Part shown: positions 51,312 through 61,220 of the stretch, piece after piece
Position numbering within the stretch: the first letter of the stretch is position 1
Layout: the number at the start of each line of letters is the position of its first letter
From: an uncultured Dehalococcoidaceae bacterium
GTDB taxonomy: Bacteria > Chloroflexota > Dehalococcoidia > Dehalococcoidales > RBG-16-60-22
Assembly (NCBI GenBank): GCA_964493435.1
Contig: CAZBMB010000005.1
Location: 70,588 to 134,587 of the forward strand
Reading direction: 5' to 3'
Length of the DNA stretch: 64,000 nt
Notes under the pieces: generated by a model
What the model saw: the letters and a program-made list of their open reading frames with translations, nothing else
Database searches by the model: none
Told to the model about the DNA's origin: nothing
Program-made: the position numbers and the translations under genes

Positions 51312-52373
51312 TTACAGATTGGCCTCGACTGCCTTGCAGAACTCGGCCGTGGTGGCGCTTCCTCCCTGGTCGCGGGTGAGATGTTTCCCGTCCTGATATA
51401 CTTTGTATATCGCTGCCTCCAGCTTTGCCGCTTCTTTCTCATAGCCTAGATGTTCCAGAAGCATACCGCCGGCCAGGAGCATGGCGGTGGGATTTATGAT
51501 ATTTTTCCCGGCGATATCGGGCGCCGTGCCGTGTACCGATCCGAAGTAAGCAAATTCCTTGCCGACGCAGGTATTTGGCGCCAGCCCCAGCCCACCGATA
51601 AGCGCCGCGGCTTCGTCCGCCAGAATATCGCCATGCTGATTGCCCATAATTAACACATCGAACTGCTGCGGGTTGATGACCAGTTGCTGGGCACAGTTAT
51701 CAACTATCAACTGATTGAACGTAAGTTCGGGGTACTGCTTGACCGTCTCCTCAGCGATGCGACGGAACATCTCATCCACCTGCGTCAGCAAATTGTACTT
51801 GCTGGACACGGTAACCAGTCCTTTACCACCCCTGGCTTTTCGCCGCATGGCTATTTCGCAGGCCATGCGGCAGATATCCTTCGTTATCGCTTCCGTGTTT
51901 ACTTTAACGGCAAACTTACCCTTCATCGTGGTGTCCAGCGTCATATTGAGCATGTCATTCTTCAATTTCAATGGTTTTAACTGCTCAATATCACCTTCCC
52001 AACCGGGATAAAGCCCTTCGATATTCTCCCGCATGATAACAAAATCAATACCTTCAGGGTTCTTCAGCGGACTCCTCAGGCCCTGAACATATTTTACCGG
52101 GCGGATGTTAGCAAAACACTTTTTCCCCCACCGCAGGTAGCCATGTACGCCCCTGATGTTACGGGTTGAGCCCATAATGGCGCAGTCTGACTCATCAAGC
52201 ATCTTTTTTGCTGATTCGGGAAAGCCGGTGCCATACTTGGCGACGGCCTCATCGCCAGTCTCGGTCCGGATAAATTCAATATCCAGGTTCATTTTCTCCA
52301 AAATCTGAACCGTAGGCACCACTACCTCCGGTGCCGCGTCATCTCCCGGCACCACGCATACTCGTCTGGTCAT
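51312..52373 (-). CDS. Isocitrate/isopropylmalate dehydrogenase family oxidative decarboxylase
   Basis: 353 aa with an N-terminal VPGDDAAPEV and NQHGDILADEAAALIGGLGLAP motifs. Substrate not resolvable by eye. Confidence 0.8.
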   Translation of the reverse strand: MTRRVCVVPGDDAAPEVVVPTVQILEKMNLDIEFIRTETGDEAVAKYGTGFPESAKKMLDESDCAIMGSTRNIRGVHGYLRWGKKCFANIRPVKYVQGLRSPLKNPEGIDFVIMRENIEGLYPGWEGDIEQLKPLKLKNDMLNMTLDTTMKGKFAVKVNTEAITKDICRMACEIAMRRKARGGKGLVTVSSKYNLLTQVDEMFRRIAEETVKQYPELTFNQLIVDNCAQQLVINPQQFDVLIMGNQHGDILADEAAALIGGLGLAPNTCVGKEFAYFGSVHGTAPDIAGKNIINPTAMLLAGGMLLEHLGYEKEAAKLEAAIYKVYQDGKHLTRDQGGSATTAEFCKAVEANL

Positions 52374-52558
52374 TCATACCTCCTGCTCAATACACTATTA
52401 ATCAACTTTATGGCTAAACACAACTAACTAGTGTAGCACATTAGCCTCGCCCCTGCCTACTTGATTTTCCCGACTGAGTGATTGTTCGGTGACCAGCAGG
52501 TATACAGAAGCAGGCATAAGGTATTATAATCTAGGCTAAAGTACAATGGCATAGAAAA

Positions 52559-53068
52559 ATGCACTTTGACTTCTGGGATTCGTTACGACGCAGACTGCAC
52601 CGCATACGCCGCGGTTTCAGCCGACTGTGGCTCAATTACATCTATCAGAGCCTTCTGGCCACGGCGGTCATCTTTATTATCCTTCTTTTATTGAACCTGG
52701 AACACGTAGTGGTAATTGCCTCCATCGGTGCCACCGCTTTTATTGTTTTCACCATGCCCCGCAATGTCACCGCGACGCCCAGGCGGGTAATCGGCGGGCA
52801 TATCACCGGCCTTATCTGTGGCTCAGCCTTCGCCTTTATCCCCCACGCCACCACCTTCACCGCCATTCTCGTCTATTCGCTGGCCGTAGGCACGGCTATC
52901 TTCCTCATGGTAGCATTGGATGTGGAACATCCCCCTGCCGGCGGCACAGCGCTGGGAGTGGCTATCACCGGCTTTTCCATCAGCGTCATGCTGGCGGTGC
53001 TGACTAGCAGCATCATACTCTCGCTCGCCCACCGTTTCTGCAAAAGATACCTGAAAGACCTGACCTGA
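52559..53068 (+). CDS. HPP-family integral membrane protein
   Basis: Four hydrophobic segments and an EHPPAGGTAL motif. Confidence 0.6.
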   Translation: MHFDFWDSLRRRLHRIRRGFSRLWLNYIYQSLLATAVIFIILLLLNLEHVVVIASIGATAFIVFTMPRNVTATPRRVIGGHITGLICGSAFAFIPHATTFTAILVYSLAVGTAIFLMVALDVEHPPAGGTALGVAITGFSISVMLAVLTSSIILSLAHRFCKRYLKDLT

Positions 53069-53101
53069 CCGCAGCCTGCCGCAAAGAACTTCAAGCTGTC
53101 T

Positions 53102-54247
53102 TTACTCACCAAATATTTGAACTGCCCGGTTCATATTGGTGACCACGTCAACGCCAAAGGGGCAGCGTTCCATACACGCTCCGCACTCGGTACACGCCGA
53201 TGCCTTTACCTCCATAGCCTCATATTCAGCCGCAACAGCATCGCTCATGGCAAAGTCGGCGGTATCAGTTATCTTGGTCAGGGCACCTATGTCAATGCTG
53301 ACCGGACAGGGCAAACAATGATTGCAGTACATACAGTTGCCCTGCACCTTCCACATGGGATTACTGTGAATAGCGCTGAAGTCCTTCTCCTCATCGGTGG
53401 CATCCAGATAGGCCAGGGCATCCCGCATCTCGGCAACCGTCTTACACCCCGGCACCGCAGTGTAGACCGACGGCTGGGAAAGGACGTAGCTCAGGCACTG
53501 GACAGGCGTCAATATAATTGAACTCGGATTATCCCGGAACAGCACCCCAGCAGCATATGGCTTCATCGCCACAACCGCAACATCCTGCACCGCACAGGCA
53601 TGGTACAGAGCCTGGCGCGCGGTGAAGGTTTTAGCTACTGCTTCTGGTGACTGGTGATACAGGATTTCTTTCTTTGATATCTCCGTGGGCATTTCCCCGG
53701 GAAGCATATCAAAGGCCGGATTGATGGAAAACATGAGTACATCAACATGGCCGCTGTCCACCGCTCGCAGGGAGGTCGGCACATTGTGGCTGCTCATCCC
53801 GATGAACCGGGCTTTTCCCTCCTGTTTCAACTTCAATGCCACCCCCAGCAAGCCCTCAGCGTCAAAGACCCGCTCATAATCGTCCTGCTTGTCCACATAA
53901 TGCAGCATCAGCACATCTATGTAGTCGGTTCTCAGTCTGGTGAGCAGGTCATCAAAGTAGGTTAGGGACTCTTCATTGTCTCTTGACCGCTTGTATTGTC
54001 CGCCGCGCATAACTGCTCCCAGGTGACCGGCAATCATCACTTTTTGCCTCTTATTTATTAAGGCTTTGCCAATATTGTCGCGCACCCCGGGCGACGCCAG
54101 GAACAGGTCAATATAGTTCACGCCGTTGTCGACTGCCTCATGCACCACGGAAACGACCGTCTTTTCCGGTTCATGCTCAAGGTATTCCGCCCCCAGCCCT
54201 ATAACCCCAACGTCAGCGCCCGTTCTGCCCAGCTTCCGGTAAATCAT
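53102..54247 (-). CDS. Aldo/keto reductase fused to a C-terminal 4Fe-4S ferredoxin-like domain
   Basis: N-terminal AKR fold (MIYRKLGRTGADVGVIGLG) with C-terminal CMYCNHCLPCP and CTECGACMERCP. Confidence 0.85.
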   Translation of the reverse strand: MIYRKLGRTGADVGVIGLGAEYLEHEPEKTVVSVVHEAVDNGVNYIDLFLASPGVRDNIGKALINKRQKVMIAGHLGAVMRGGQYKRSRDNEESLTYFDDLLTRLRTDYIDVLMLHYVDKQDDYERVFDAEGLLGVALKLKQEGKARFIGMSSHNVPTSLRAVDSGHVDVLMFSINPAFDMLPGEMPTEISKKEILYHQSPEAVAKTFTARQALYHACAVQDVAVVAMKPYAAGVLFRDNPSSIILTPVQCLSYVLSQPSVYTAVPGCKTVAEMRDALAYLDATDEEKDFSAIHSNPMWKVQGNCMYCNHCLPCPVSIDIGALTKITDTADFAMSDAVAAEYEAMEVKASACTECGACMERCPFGVDVVTNMNRAVQIFGE

Positions 54248-54279
54248 GCGCCCTCCTCGACCGTTAATTTTCAGCTCTT

Positions 54280-55098
54280 TTATTTCTCTCCCTTTAGACC
54301 ACTTGCGAACTGGTCTACCGCTTTCATAAACGGCTCCGGCGCCTCATCAAAGGTCCAGTGGCTTTTAGCCGGAATGACGGCGAGTTTCGCTTTTGGTATA
54401 TGTGCCGCCATGAAACGGGAGCACTCCACCACCGGCGCATCGCCCTCGCTCATTACCACCAGCGTTTTCACCGGCAGTCTTTCCAATCTGGGCGCTAGGT
54501 CAAAGATGCTGGGACGCTTCTGCTGTACGCCACGGATGACTCCGGCCAGCGCCTTCGGTGAGTTCTTTAGCACGGCCTCGGTTATCTGTTTCCCCATCTT
54601 GGGGTTGGCAAAGGCGACACCCCACGCCGGCAATTTTTTCATTTCCTCAAGAAAAGCCGCCATCCCTTCCTGGTCAGCGATGTCCGCCAGTTTCCCCCAC
54701 CATTCCCGCCACCACTCCCGGTCTGACGAGCCGGAGCCGATGCCAACGGGGATAAGACCAATACACCTTTCCGGATATTTCAGGGCCAAATTCAAGGCCA
54801 CATTCGCTCCCATGGAATGCCCACCGGCAATGGCTTTTTTTATGTCAAGCGCATCCATTAAGCCGCGCATATCCTCCACCATGATGTCCTGCGAGTATGC
54901 CTCTGGCCTATCGGGCTTTCCCGAGCCACCATGTCCCCTGGCATCGTAGGCAATAACCCGATAGCGGCCCTTGAAGAAATCCATCACATTTCCCCAAGCC
55001 TGCCAGGTTCCGCCCAGCCCGTGCGCCCATAACATGGCCATCCCGGAACCTCGTTCTTCATAATGAATTCTGACGCCATTCACCGTTATATCCGGCAT
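54280..55098 (-). CDS. Alpha/beta-fold hydrolase
   Basis: Nucleophile elbow GGHSMGA and an HG oxyanion motif (AHGLGG). Confidence 0.8.
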   Translation of the reverse strand: MPDITVNGVRIHYEERGSGMAMLWAHGLGGTWQAWGNVMDFFKGRYRVIAYDARGHGGSGKPDRPEAYSQDIMVEDMRGLMDALDIKKAIAGGHSMGANVALNLALKYPERCIGLIPVGIGSGSSDREWWREWWGKLADIADQEGMAAFLEEMKKLPAWGVAFANPKMGKQITEAVLKNSPKALAGVIRGVQQKRPSIFDLAPRLERLPVKTLVVMSEGDAPVVECSRFMAAHIPKAKLAVIPAKSHWTFDEAPEPFMKAVDQFASGLKGEK

Positions 55099-55241
55099 CG
55101 CTTAGACCTCCTTTACGATATCGGTGTATTATAACACGCTTTGTTGTGGGTAATTCAATGAATGTGTAAAATTGACGGAAATGCTATAATTACTTGATTT
55201 TAGACAGGCAAGGGTAATTCTAATCTTTGGGAGGTAAAACC

Positions 55242-56135
55242 ATGAGCGACAAGGTAAAAATGGAAGGGGTTATCCCGGCGATGCTGACCCCCTTCACCAA
55301 AAGCGGAGATTTAGACCTTGATGGCCTGAAGAAGAATGTGGACTTTTTAATTGAAAACGGCGTGAGCCAGATAATGTGTCTGGGCAGTACCGGTGAAGCC
55401 GCCACCCTGACGCGACAGGAGAGCGTGAAGGTGACCGAGGCAACGGTAAAAGCCGCCAATGGCAGGGTTCCCGTCATGTCCGGGACCGGCGCCACCAGCA
55501 CCCGCGAGGTTATAGAACGTTCCAGGGAAGCCAAGGGTGCCGGGGCCGATTCGGTTATGATTGTGACCCCGTTTTACGAGATACCCAATCAGGACGGCCT
55601 GCTCAAACACTATGCTTCCATCGCGGAAGCAGTGGACATCCCCATCTGCCTGTATAACATCCCGCCGCATACCCAGGTGGAAATCGCGCCCGAGACACTG
55701 GAGAAGCTGGCCGAAATCGATAACATCGTGGCGTTGAAGGACAGCAGCGGCAACTTGAGCTATTTTGCCGAGGTTATGCGACGGGTCGGTGACAAAATGT
55801 CCATTCTGACCGGCGGCGATGACATCACCCTGCCCTGCTTCGCCCTCGGCTGCCACGGCGCCATCCTAGCGCTGGCCAACATTGCCCCGCGAATGATTGT
55901 CGACCTCTTCCAGGCAGTGCAGCAGAAGGAGAGGGAGAAATCGCTGGACATCTTTTTCAAACTGCTGCCCATTGCCCGAGCCATAAGCGTGCCCCAGAAT
56001 TTCCCGGCTCCAGTAAAGGAGGCCGTCAACATGCTGGGCAGGCCAGCGGGACCGGCACGCAGCCCTATACTGCCGGTAGGCGCCGCCGAAAAAGCCGATA
56101 TTAAAAAAACGCTCCAATATGCCGGACTGATGTAG
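55242..56135 (+). CDS. DapA/DHDPS-family class-I aldolase or dehydratase (probably not a true dihydrodipicolinate synthase)
   Basis: Contains GSTGE, TPFY and a Schiff-base Lys in VALKDSSG. The position of the DHDPS aspartate-semialdehyde-binding Arg (YNxPxRT) reads YNIPPHT. GGGAGG RBS before the ATG at 55242. Confidence 0.8.
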   Translation: MSDKVKMEGVIPAMLTPFTKSGDLDLDGLKKNVDFLIENGVSQIMCLGSTGEAATLTRQESVKVTEATVKAANGRVPVMSGTGATSTREVIERSREAKGAGADSVMIVTPFYEIPNQDGLLKHYASIAEAVDIPICLYNIPPHTQVEIAPETLEKLAEIDNIVALKDSSGNLSYFAEVMRRVGDKMSILTGGDDITLPCFALGCHGAILALANIAPRMIVDLFQAVQQKEREKSLDIFFKLLPIARAISVPQNFPAPVKEAVNMLGRPAGPARSPILPVGAAEKADIKKTLQYAGLM

Positions 56136-56154
56136 AAAAGGAACCATAAATACC

Positions 56155-57273
56155 ATGAAAATTACTGGTGTTGAGGCTATTGAACTGCGTCTCCCCGAGT
56201 CATATGCCGGGCCGCGCCTGATTGTCCGCCAGACACTGGTTATAAAAGTCCATACCGATGAGGGCATTGTCGGCATCGGTGAGGTAGATTCCTCTCCTTC
56301 GGTGGTCAGGGCCACCGTCGATGCCCCACTTCGCGCCAGCCCCATCTCTGGACTCGGCCAGGTCATTATGGGGCAGAACCCGCTGGAGATTCGCCAGCTC
56401 AACGACCTGATGTATCAGTCCACTTTTGACTACGGGCGAGGCGGCGTTGTCCTGCACGCTATCGGGGGCATTGACATCGCCCTCTGGGATATCGCCGGTA
56501 AATATTATGGCCAGCCGGTATACCGACTTCTCGGCGGTCCTTTCCAGACCAGGATACCCGCCTATGCCAGCACCTTGTTCGGCGGCAACGGCAAGGAGAC
56601 TGCGGAAGAAGGTAAAAAATGGCCTGCCCGGGGTTTCACTTCGGTTAAATTCGGCTGGCACCCGATGGGGCAGAGCGAAAAGCTTGACCTTGAGCTGGTC
56701 GAGGGGGCGAGGCGGGGAGTCGGCGATAACTGTAACCTGATGATTGATGCGGGCTGCTGCTGGGACACGGCCACCGCCATCAAACGCGCCCAGCAGTTTG
56801 AGGACTACAATATCTACTGGCTGGAGGAACCACTTGCCCGTGACAATATCGATGGCTACCGGCAACTGACCAATGTCTCCCGCATTCCTATCGCGGCTGG
56901 TGAGGGAGAAGCCGGTCGGTATGCTTTCAGAGACCTGACTGAGCGCGGCGGCATTCACATTGCTCAGGTCGAGCTCGTCCGCAATGGTATCACCGAGTCG
57001 ATGAGAATTGCCGACATGGCCGAAGACAGAGGGCTGAAGGTGGTCAATCACCACTGGGCCTCTGATATTAACCTCGCCGCCAGCCTCCACTTCCTGGCCG
57101 CGCGTAAAAGCACCTTTATTCTGGAGTACTGCGTGGCGGAAAGTCCACTCCGGTGGGAAGTAACCAGGGAAAAGATGGAGATTGACGCCGGGGGCTGCGT
57201 CTCTGTACCGGATGGCCCAGGCCTGGGTATTGAACTGAATGAAGAGACGGTAGAACGCTACCGCGTAGACTAA
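56155..57273 (+). CDS. Enolase-superfamily enzyme (mandelate racemase / muconate lactonizing / acid-sugar dehydratase type)
   Basis: Metal-ligand segments NLMIDAG, IYWLEEP and IPIAAGE. 372 aa. Confidence 0.85.
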   Translation: MKITGVEAIELRLPESYAGPRLIVRQTLVIKVHTDEGIVGIGEVDSSPSVVRATVDAPLRASPISGLGQVIMGQNPLEIRQLNDLMYQSTFDYGRGGVVLHAIGGIDIALWDIAGKYYGQPVYRLLGGPFQTRIPAYASTLFGGNGKETAEEGKKWPARGFTSVKFGWHPMGQSEKLDLELVEGARRGVGDNCNLMIDAGCCWDTATAIKRAQQFEDYNIYWLEEPLARDNIDGYRQLTNVSRIPIAAGEGEAGRYAFRDLTERGGIHIAQVELVRNGITESMRIADMAEDRGLKVVNHHWASDINLAASLHFLAARKSTFILEYCVAESPLRWEVTREKMEIDAGGCVSVPDGPGLGIELNEETVERYRVD

Positions 57274-57289
57274 TTAAGAAGGAGGCATA

Positions 57290-58357
57290 ATGGATAAAAA
57301 GCTGACCGGGAAAGTGCAGACGGTGCTAGGGCTGATAGATGGTGATGAGCTGGGGTTAACCACACCTCACGAGCACATTCTTCTTGACCTGACCGTGCGC
57401 TTCAAACTTGCCGAGGAGAGCGTTACCGCCAAGACCATGGCCGAAAAACCAATGACGCCGGATATGGCGGGCTGGATACGCTTTCACCTCTTTGAGAACC
57501 GGGACAATTTGCTGCTCAACGACGAAACGCTGGCAATCAAAGAAATCATGCGTTTCAAGCTCGCCGGGGGAAAGAGCGTGGTGGATGTTACCAACTGGGG
57601 CATAGGACAGGACCCGTACGCCATGGCCCGTATTGCCCGCGCCACCGGCCTCAATATCATCATGGGTACTGGCTACTACACCATGGATTCAGGCTGCGCC
57701 GAGGTGCTGGCCAGGAAATCTGAAGAGGAGATATACCAAGACATCATCAATGATGTTACGGTCGGAACCGATGGTATCTGCGCTGGCATCATCGGTGAGA
57801 TAGGGGCTGACTCGTGGCCGCTTCACGAGATTGAAATAAAGTCGCTGCGGGCGGCGGTCCGGGCACAGTTAGCCACCGGGGCCGGCCTGACCATCCACCC
57901 CGGCCGATTTGACGAATCACCGCTCCAGATTGTTGATACTATCCAGAAAGCTGGCGCCGATATGAGCCGGGTGGTTATTGAGCACATTGACCGCACTGCC
58001 TACTCCTTTGATACTATGACGAAAATCGCCAAAGCCGGATGCTACCTTGAGTTCGACTGCTTCTCCATGGAAGGCTACTATCCGAAGCGCTACGGCGTGT
58101 TTGATATCCCGAATGACGCCCAGCGCGTCAATTACATTATCCGGCTTATGGAACTGGGCCACCTGAACCAGATACTCATCGCCACGGACACGGCCATGAA
58201 ATCAAGGCTGACGGCCTATGGTGGCCCCGGCTACGCCCATATTCCGGAAAACGTCATCCCCTGGATGCGCGCCAAGGGCATGTCCGAAGAAGTCATCAAC
58301 ACCATTACCGTGGAGAACCCGAGGCGGATGCTGACCTTCGTGGCGCCGTCAAAATAA
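57290..58357 (+). CDS. Phosphotriesterase-family (PTE/PHP) amidohydrolase, lactonase-like
   Basis: N-terminal HxH metal motif TTPHEHILLD. 355 aa TIM-barrel hydrolase pattern. Confidence 0.8.
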   Translation: MDKKLTGKVQTVLGLIDGDELGLTTPHEHILLDLTVRFKLAEESVTAKTMAEKPMTPDMAGWIRFHLFENRDNLLLNDETLAIKEIMRFKLAGGKSVVDVTNWGIGQDPYAMARIARATGLNIIMGTGYYTMDSGCAEVLARKSEEEIYQDIINDVTVGTDGICAGIIGEIGADSWPLHEIEIKSLRAAVRAQLATGAGLTIHPGRFDESPLQIVDTIQKAGADMSRVVIEHIDRTAYSFDTMTKIAKAGCYLEFDCFSMEGYYPKRYGVFDIPNDAQRVNYIIRLMELGHLNQILIATDTAMKSRLTAYGGPGYAHIPENVIPWMRAKGMSEEVINTITVENPRRMLTFVAPSK

Positions 58358-58373
58358 TCTGTTCTGGCTAATT

Positions 58374-59759
58374 CTACAGGTAAGGCGAGGTAAGTGGCAG
58401 TTTTAAACCAAATTGCCTGGTGAACTGCTGCCTCATCTTCCGGTAGAACTCGATGCACTCCTTATTCGGCGTTCCGGCAGCGATATCAAAATAGTCCGGC
58501 AGCTTTTTACCCAGCGGCGGGTCTTTCAGCTTGTCCTCGTAATAGCCCAGCAGAGTCGCCACCATTTTGTTGGCTTCTTTCCGGCTCATACCGGCTGACG
58601 CGTGAGCGACGGCATTGCTGAAAATATTCTCAATCGGGTCGCTGTAATCCTCCATAACGCCTCTTGCCGGAGGGCCCACCTCCACAGAACCACCGGATAC
58701 CACCGTCGCCATCACCCAGGCAGCAAATTCGTAGTAACACATTTCGGTCATAGGGCCGGCCGAGGTATAGCCGGGAGCAACAATGGGCAACGGGCTGTGA
58801 CGCGTCGCTGCCTGAATACCCAGGCACCGGGACCAGATGGCTCCCCTTATGGATGTCGTGCCACCTTCAACGGGCACCACCAGCGGGTGCTGAGCCACAC
58901 CGCGTATGACCAGCAGGGCCAGGGGATGGTATGCCGCACAGACTACCGCTACCCCCGCCGGGCCACCGGCAAAACCCCCCAGAATCAGGCCATTCTCGGC
59001 AAAAGTCCGGTTTCCCACCGCCTGACAGTAGGCCACCTTGTTCAGGGCATCAAAGTCAATCTTCAGCTCATGAATGGTGCCGATTTCCAGAGCATCGGTT
59101 CTGGGGTCGCCGAAGGTATGGCCGGTAATATGCTCCGTCGCCCTCACTGCCGAGGCCACTTCATTTACCACCGGCATTCCCGGACGCCCGGCGCGGCGCA
59201 GCGCTTCCCGTACCAGAAGCACCGTCCTGATGGCGCCTTCCACACCCCGTGGACTGCCGGCGACCAGGTCCCGGCCGTCAAGGTTGGTCAGGCATGGTGC
59301 CGTAATACCATCGGACAGCGGGTCCTCGGCATAAGCCTTGACGACATTTATCAGGTTCCACTCCGTAGATACCGGGCCTGCTCCGCAGCCGGAGCACCAG
59401 GGAGGTGTTTCATCTTCGGGGGTACGTCTCGGCATCAACCTTGAATCTTTGCCGTACCCGTACACCACATTACGTGGCGCTGACTCCAGCGCACCCTCTA
59501 TCTCTTCTCTGGAAAACAGCATGCGCCTCTCCGTATCGACGCAGTAGACACCGGTCTCCACCAGAAACTCCATGCCCGCTTCCCAGACACGGTCGGCAAG
59601 GTCGTCATCGGCGGGCACCGGGTTCTGAGGGTCATATTTGATACCGTACTTCTCAATTACCTTACGCAGGTTGGGCACGAAAATATCCAGGTCAAAATCC
59701 CGCTCCGTGCATATCGGCCCGCTAAGTGCTCTCTCCACTACTTGATCAAAACTGAGCAT
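58374..59759 (-). CDS. MtmB-like (monomethylamine methyltransferase family) protein without pyrrolysine, copy 1
   Basis: 461 aa uninterrupted ORF. Colinear from memory with methanogen MtmB (AGMEFLVETGVYCVDTERR; AGRPGMPVVNE, where MtmB has GRPGMGV-Pyl-GPE). Confidence 0.75.
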   Translation of the reverse strand: MLSFDQVVERALSGPICTERDFDLDIFVPNLRKVIEKYGIKYDPQNPVPADDDLADRVWEAGMEFLVETGVYCVDTERRMLFSREEIEGALESAPRNVVYGYGKDSRLMPRRTPEDETPPWCSGCGAGPVSTEWNLINVVKAYAEDPLSDGITAPCLTNLDGRDLVAGSPRGVEGAIRTVLLVREALRRAGRPGMPVVNEVASAVRATEHITGHTFGDPRTDALEIGTIHELKIDFDALNKVAYCQAVGNRTFAENGLILGGFAGGPAGVAVVCAAYHPLALLVIRGVAQHPLVVPVEGGTTSIRGAIWSRCLGIQAATRHSPLPIVAPGYTSAGPMTEMCYYEFAAWVMATVVSGGSVEVGPPARGVMEDYSDPIENIFSNAVAHASAGMSRKEANKMVATLLGYYEDKLKDPPLGKKLPDYFDIAAGTPNKECIEFYRKMRQQFTRQFGLKLPLTSPYL

Positions 59760-59817
59760 TATTATTCTCCGCCATATTATTTATGTATCTCACCCTGGCT
59801 CCTTTCCTTTATGTCAA

Positions 59818-61203
59818 TCACACGTATGGCGAGGTGAGCGGCATTTTAAGCCCGAACTTATCCATCATCTCGCTTCTCATTTTTCGGTAGAGCTCAAGGC
59901 ATTCCTTTTTAGGTGTTCCAGAAACGATGTCAAAGTAATCCTGGAATTTGGTGCCAGCTGGCGAGTTGTTCAGCTTGTCCTCATAGCTGTCAAGGAGTGC
60001 TGAGACAATCCTGTTGGCTTCTTTCCGGCTCATACCAGCGACGGCGTGCGCCACCGCATTGCCGAAGATTTCCTCTATGGGGCCACTATGGTCAACAACA
60101 ACACCCCGGGACGGAGGAGCGATCTCAATGGAACCGCCGGGAACCACGGAAGCGATTATCCCCGCCGCATACTCGTAGTAGCACATCTCAGTCATCGGCC
60201 CGGCCACCGTATATACCGGAGTCACCATCGGCAGAGGGCTGTTGCGGGCCGTCGCCTGATTGGCCACGCTTCTGGCCCAGATTGTTTCCCGGTTAGAAGT
60301 CGTACCACGTTCAATAGGTACCGCGAAGGGATGTTGAGCCACCCCACGTATGACCAGCAGGTCCACCGGATTATAGGCGGCGCTGACCACGGCAACACCA
60401 GCGGGGCCACCGGCAAAGCCTCCCAGAATCACGCCGTTTTCGGCGAAAGTCAGGTTTCCCACAGCCTGGCAATACGCCACCTTGTTCAGGGCATCAAAAT
60501 CGACCTTAAGCTCATGCATGGTACCGATTTCCAGGAAATCTGTGCTCGGATTCCCGAAGCTGTGCCCGGCTATATGTTCTGTGGCCCGTATTGCTGAAGC
60601 TACCTCGTTGACCACCGGCATCCCCGGACGCCCGGCGCGGCGCAGCGCTTCCCGTACCAGAAGCACCGTCCTGATGGCGCCTTCAACCCCTCGCGGGCTG
60701 CCGGCGACCAAGTCCCGGCCGTCCAGATTGGTCAGGCACGGCGCTGTAATACCATCGGACAGCGGGTCTTCAGCGTAGGTCTTGACGATATTGATGAGGT
60801 TCCACTCTGTAGACACCGGCCCTGCCCCCGAACCCGAGCACCAGGGTGGCGTCGCGTCTTCAGGCAGACGCCGTGGCATCTCTCGGGCGTCTTTCCCTTC
60901 ACCGAATATCACTTTGCGGGGGCAGGACTCCAGCGCCCCCTCTATTTCCTCGCGGGAGAATAGGATTCGTCGCTCGGTATCAAGGCAGTAGACTCCGGTC
61001 TCCACCAGGAATTCCATGCCCGCTTCCCAGACCCTGTCCGCCAGGTCGTCATCGGCGGGCACCGGGTTCTGGGGGTCATACTTGATATCATATTTTTCAA
61101 TCGCTCTGCGCAAATTGGGCACTAAAATACCCAGGTCAAAGTCACGTTCCGTGCATATCGGCCCGCTAAGTGCTCTCTCTACTACTTCATCAAAGCTGAG
61201 CAT
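59818..61203 (-). CDS. MtmB-like protein without pyrrolysine, copy 2
   Basis: 461 aa, very similar to copy 1 and sharing a 62-nt identical DNA run (60623-60684 versus 59179-59240). Confidence 0.75.
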   Translation of the reverse strand: MLSFDEVVERALSGPICTERDFDLGILVPNLRRAIEKYDIKYDPQNPVPADDDLADRVWEAGMEFLVETGVYCLDTERRILFSREEIEGALESCPRKVIFGEGKDAREMPRRLPEDATPPWCSGSGAGPVSTEWNLINIVKTYAEDPLSDGITAPCLTNLDGRDLVAGSPRGVEGAIRTVLLVREALRRAGRPGMPVVNEVASAIRATEHIAGHSFGNPSTDFLEIGTMHELKVDFDALNKVAYCQAVGNLTFAENGVILGGFAGGPAGVAVVSAAYNPVDLLVIRGVAQHPFAVPIERGTTSNRETIWARSVANQATARNSPLPMVTPVYTVAGPMTEMCYYEYAAGIIASVVPGGSIEIAPPSRGVVVDHSGPIEEIFGNAVAHAVAGMSRKEANRIVSALLDSYEDKLNNSPAGTKFQDYFDIVSGTPKKECLELYRKMRSEMMDKFGLKMPLTSPYV

Positions 61204-61220
61204 GATTCTTCTCCGGTATT

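Noticed and set aside
54140-54949. 269-aa plus-strand ORF
   Set aside because: It is fully antisense to the alpha/beta hydrolase, which has a clear GHSMGA motif. Long stop-free antisense frames are expected at this GC content. The same reasoning covers 323-958, 5659-6330, 25805-26539, 33973-34689, 42472-43083, 44139-44738, 46406-47008, 50428-51255, 56200-57090 and 58602-59444.
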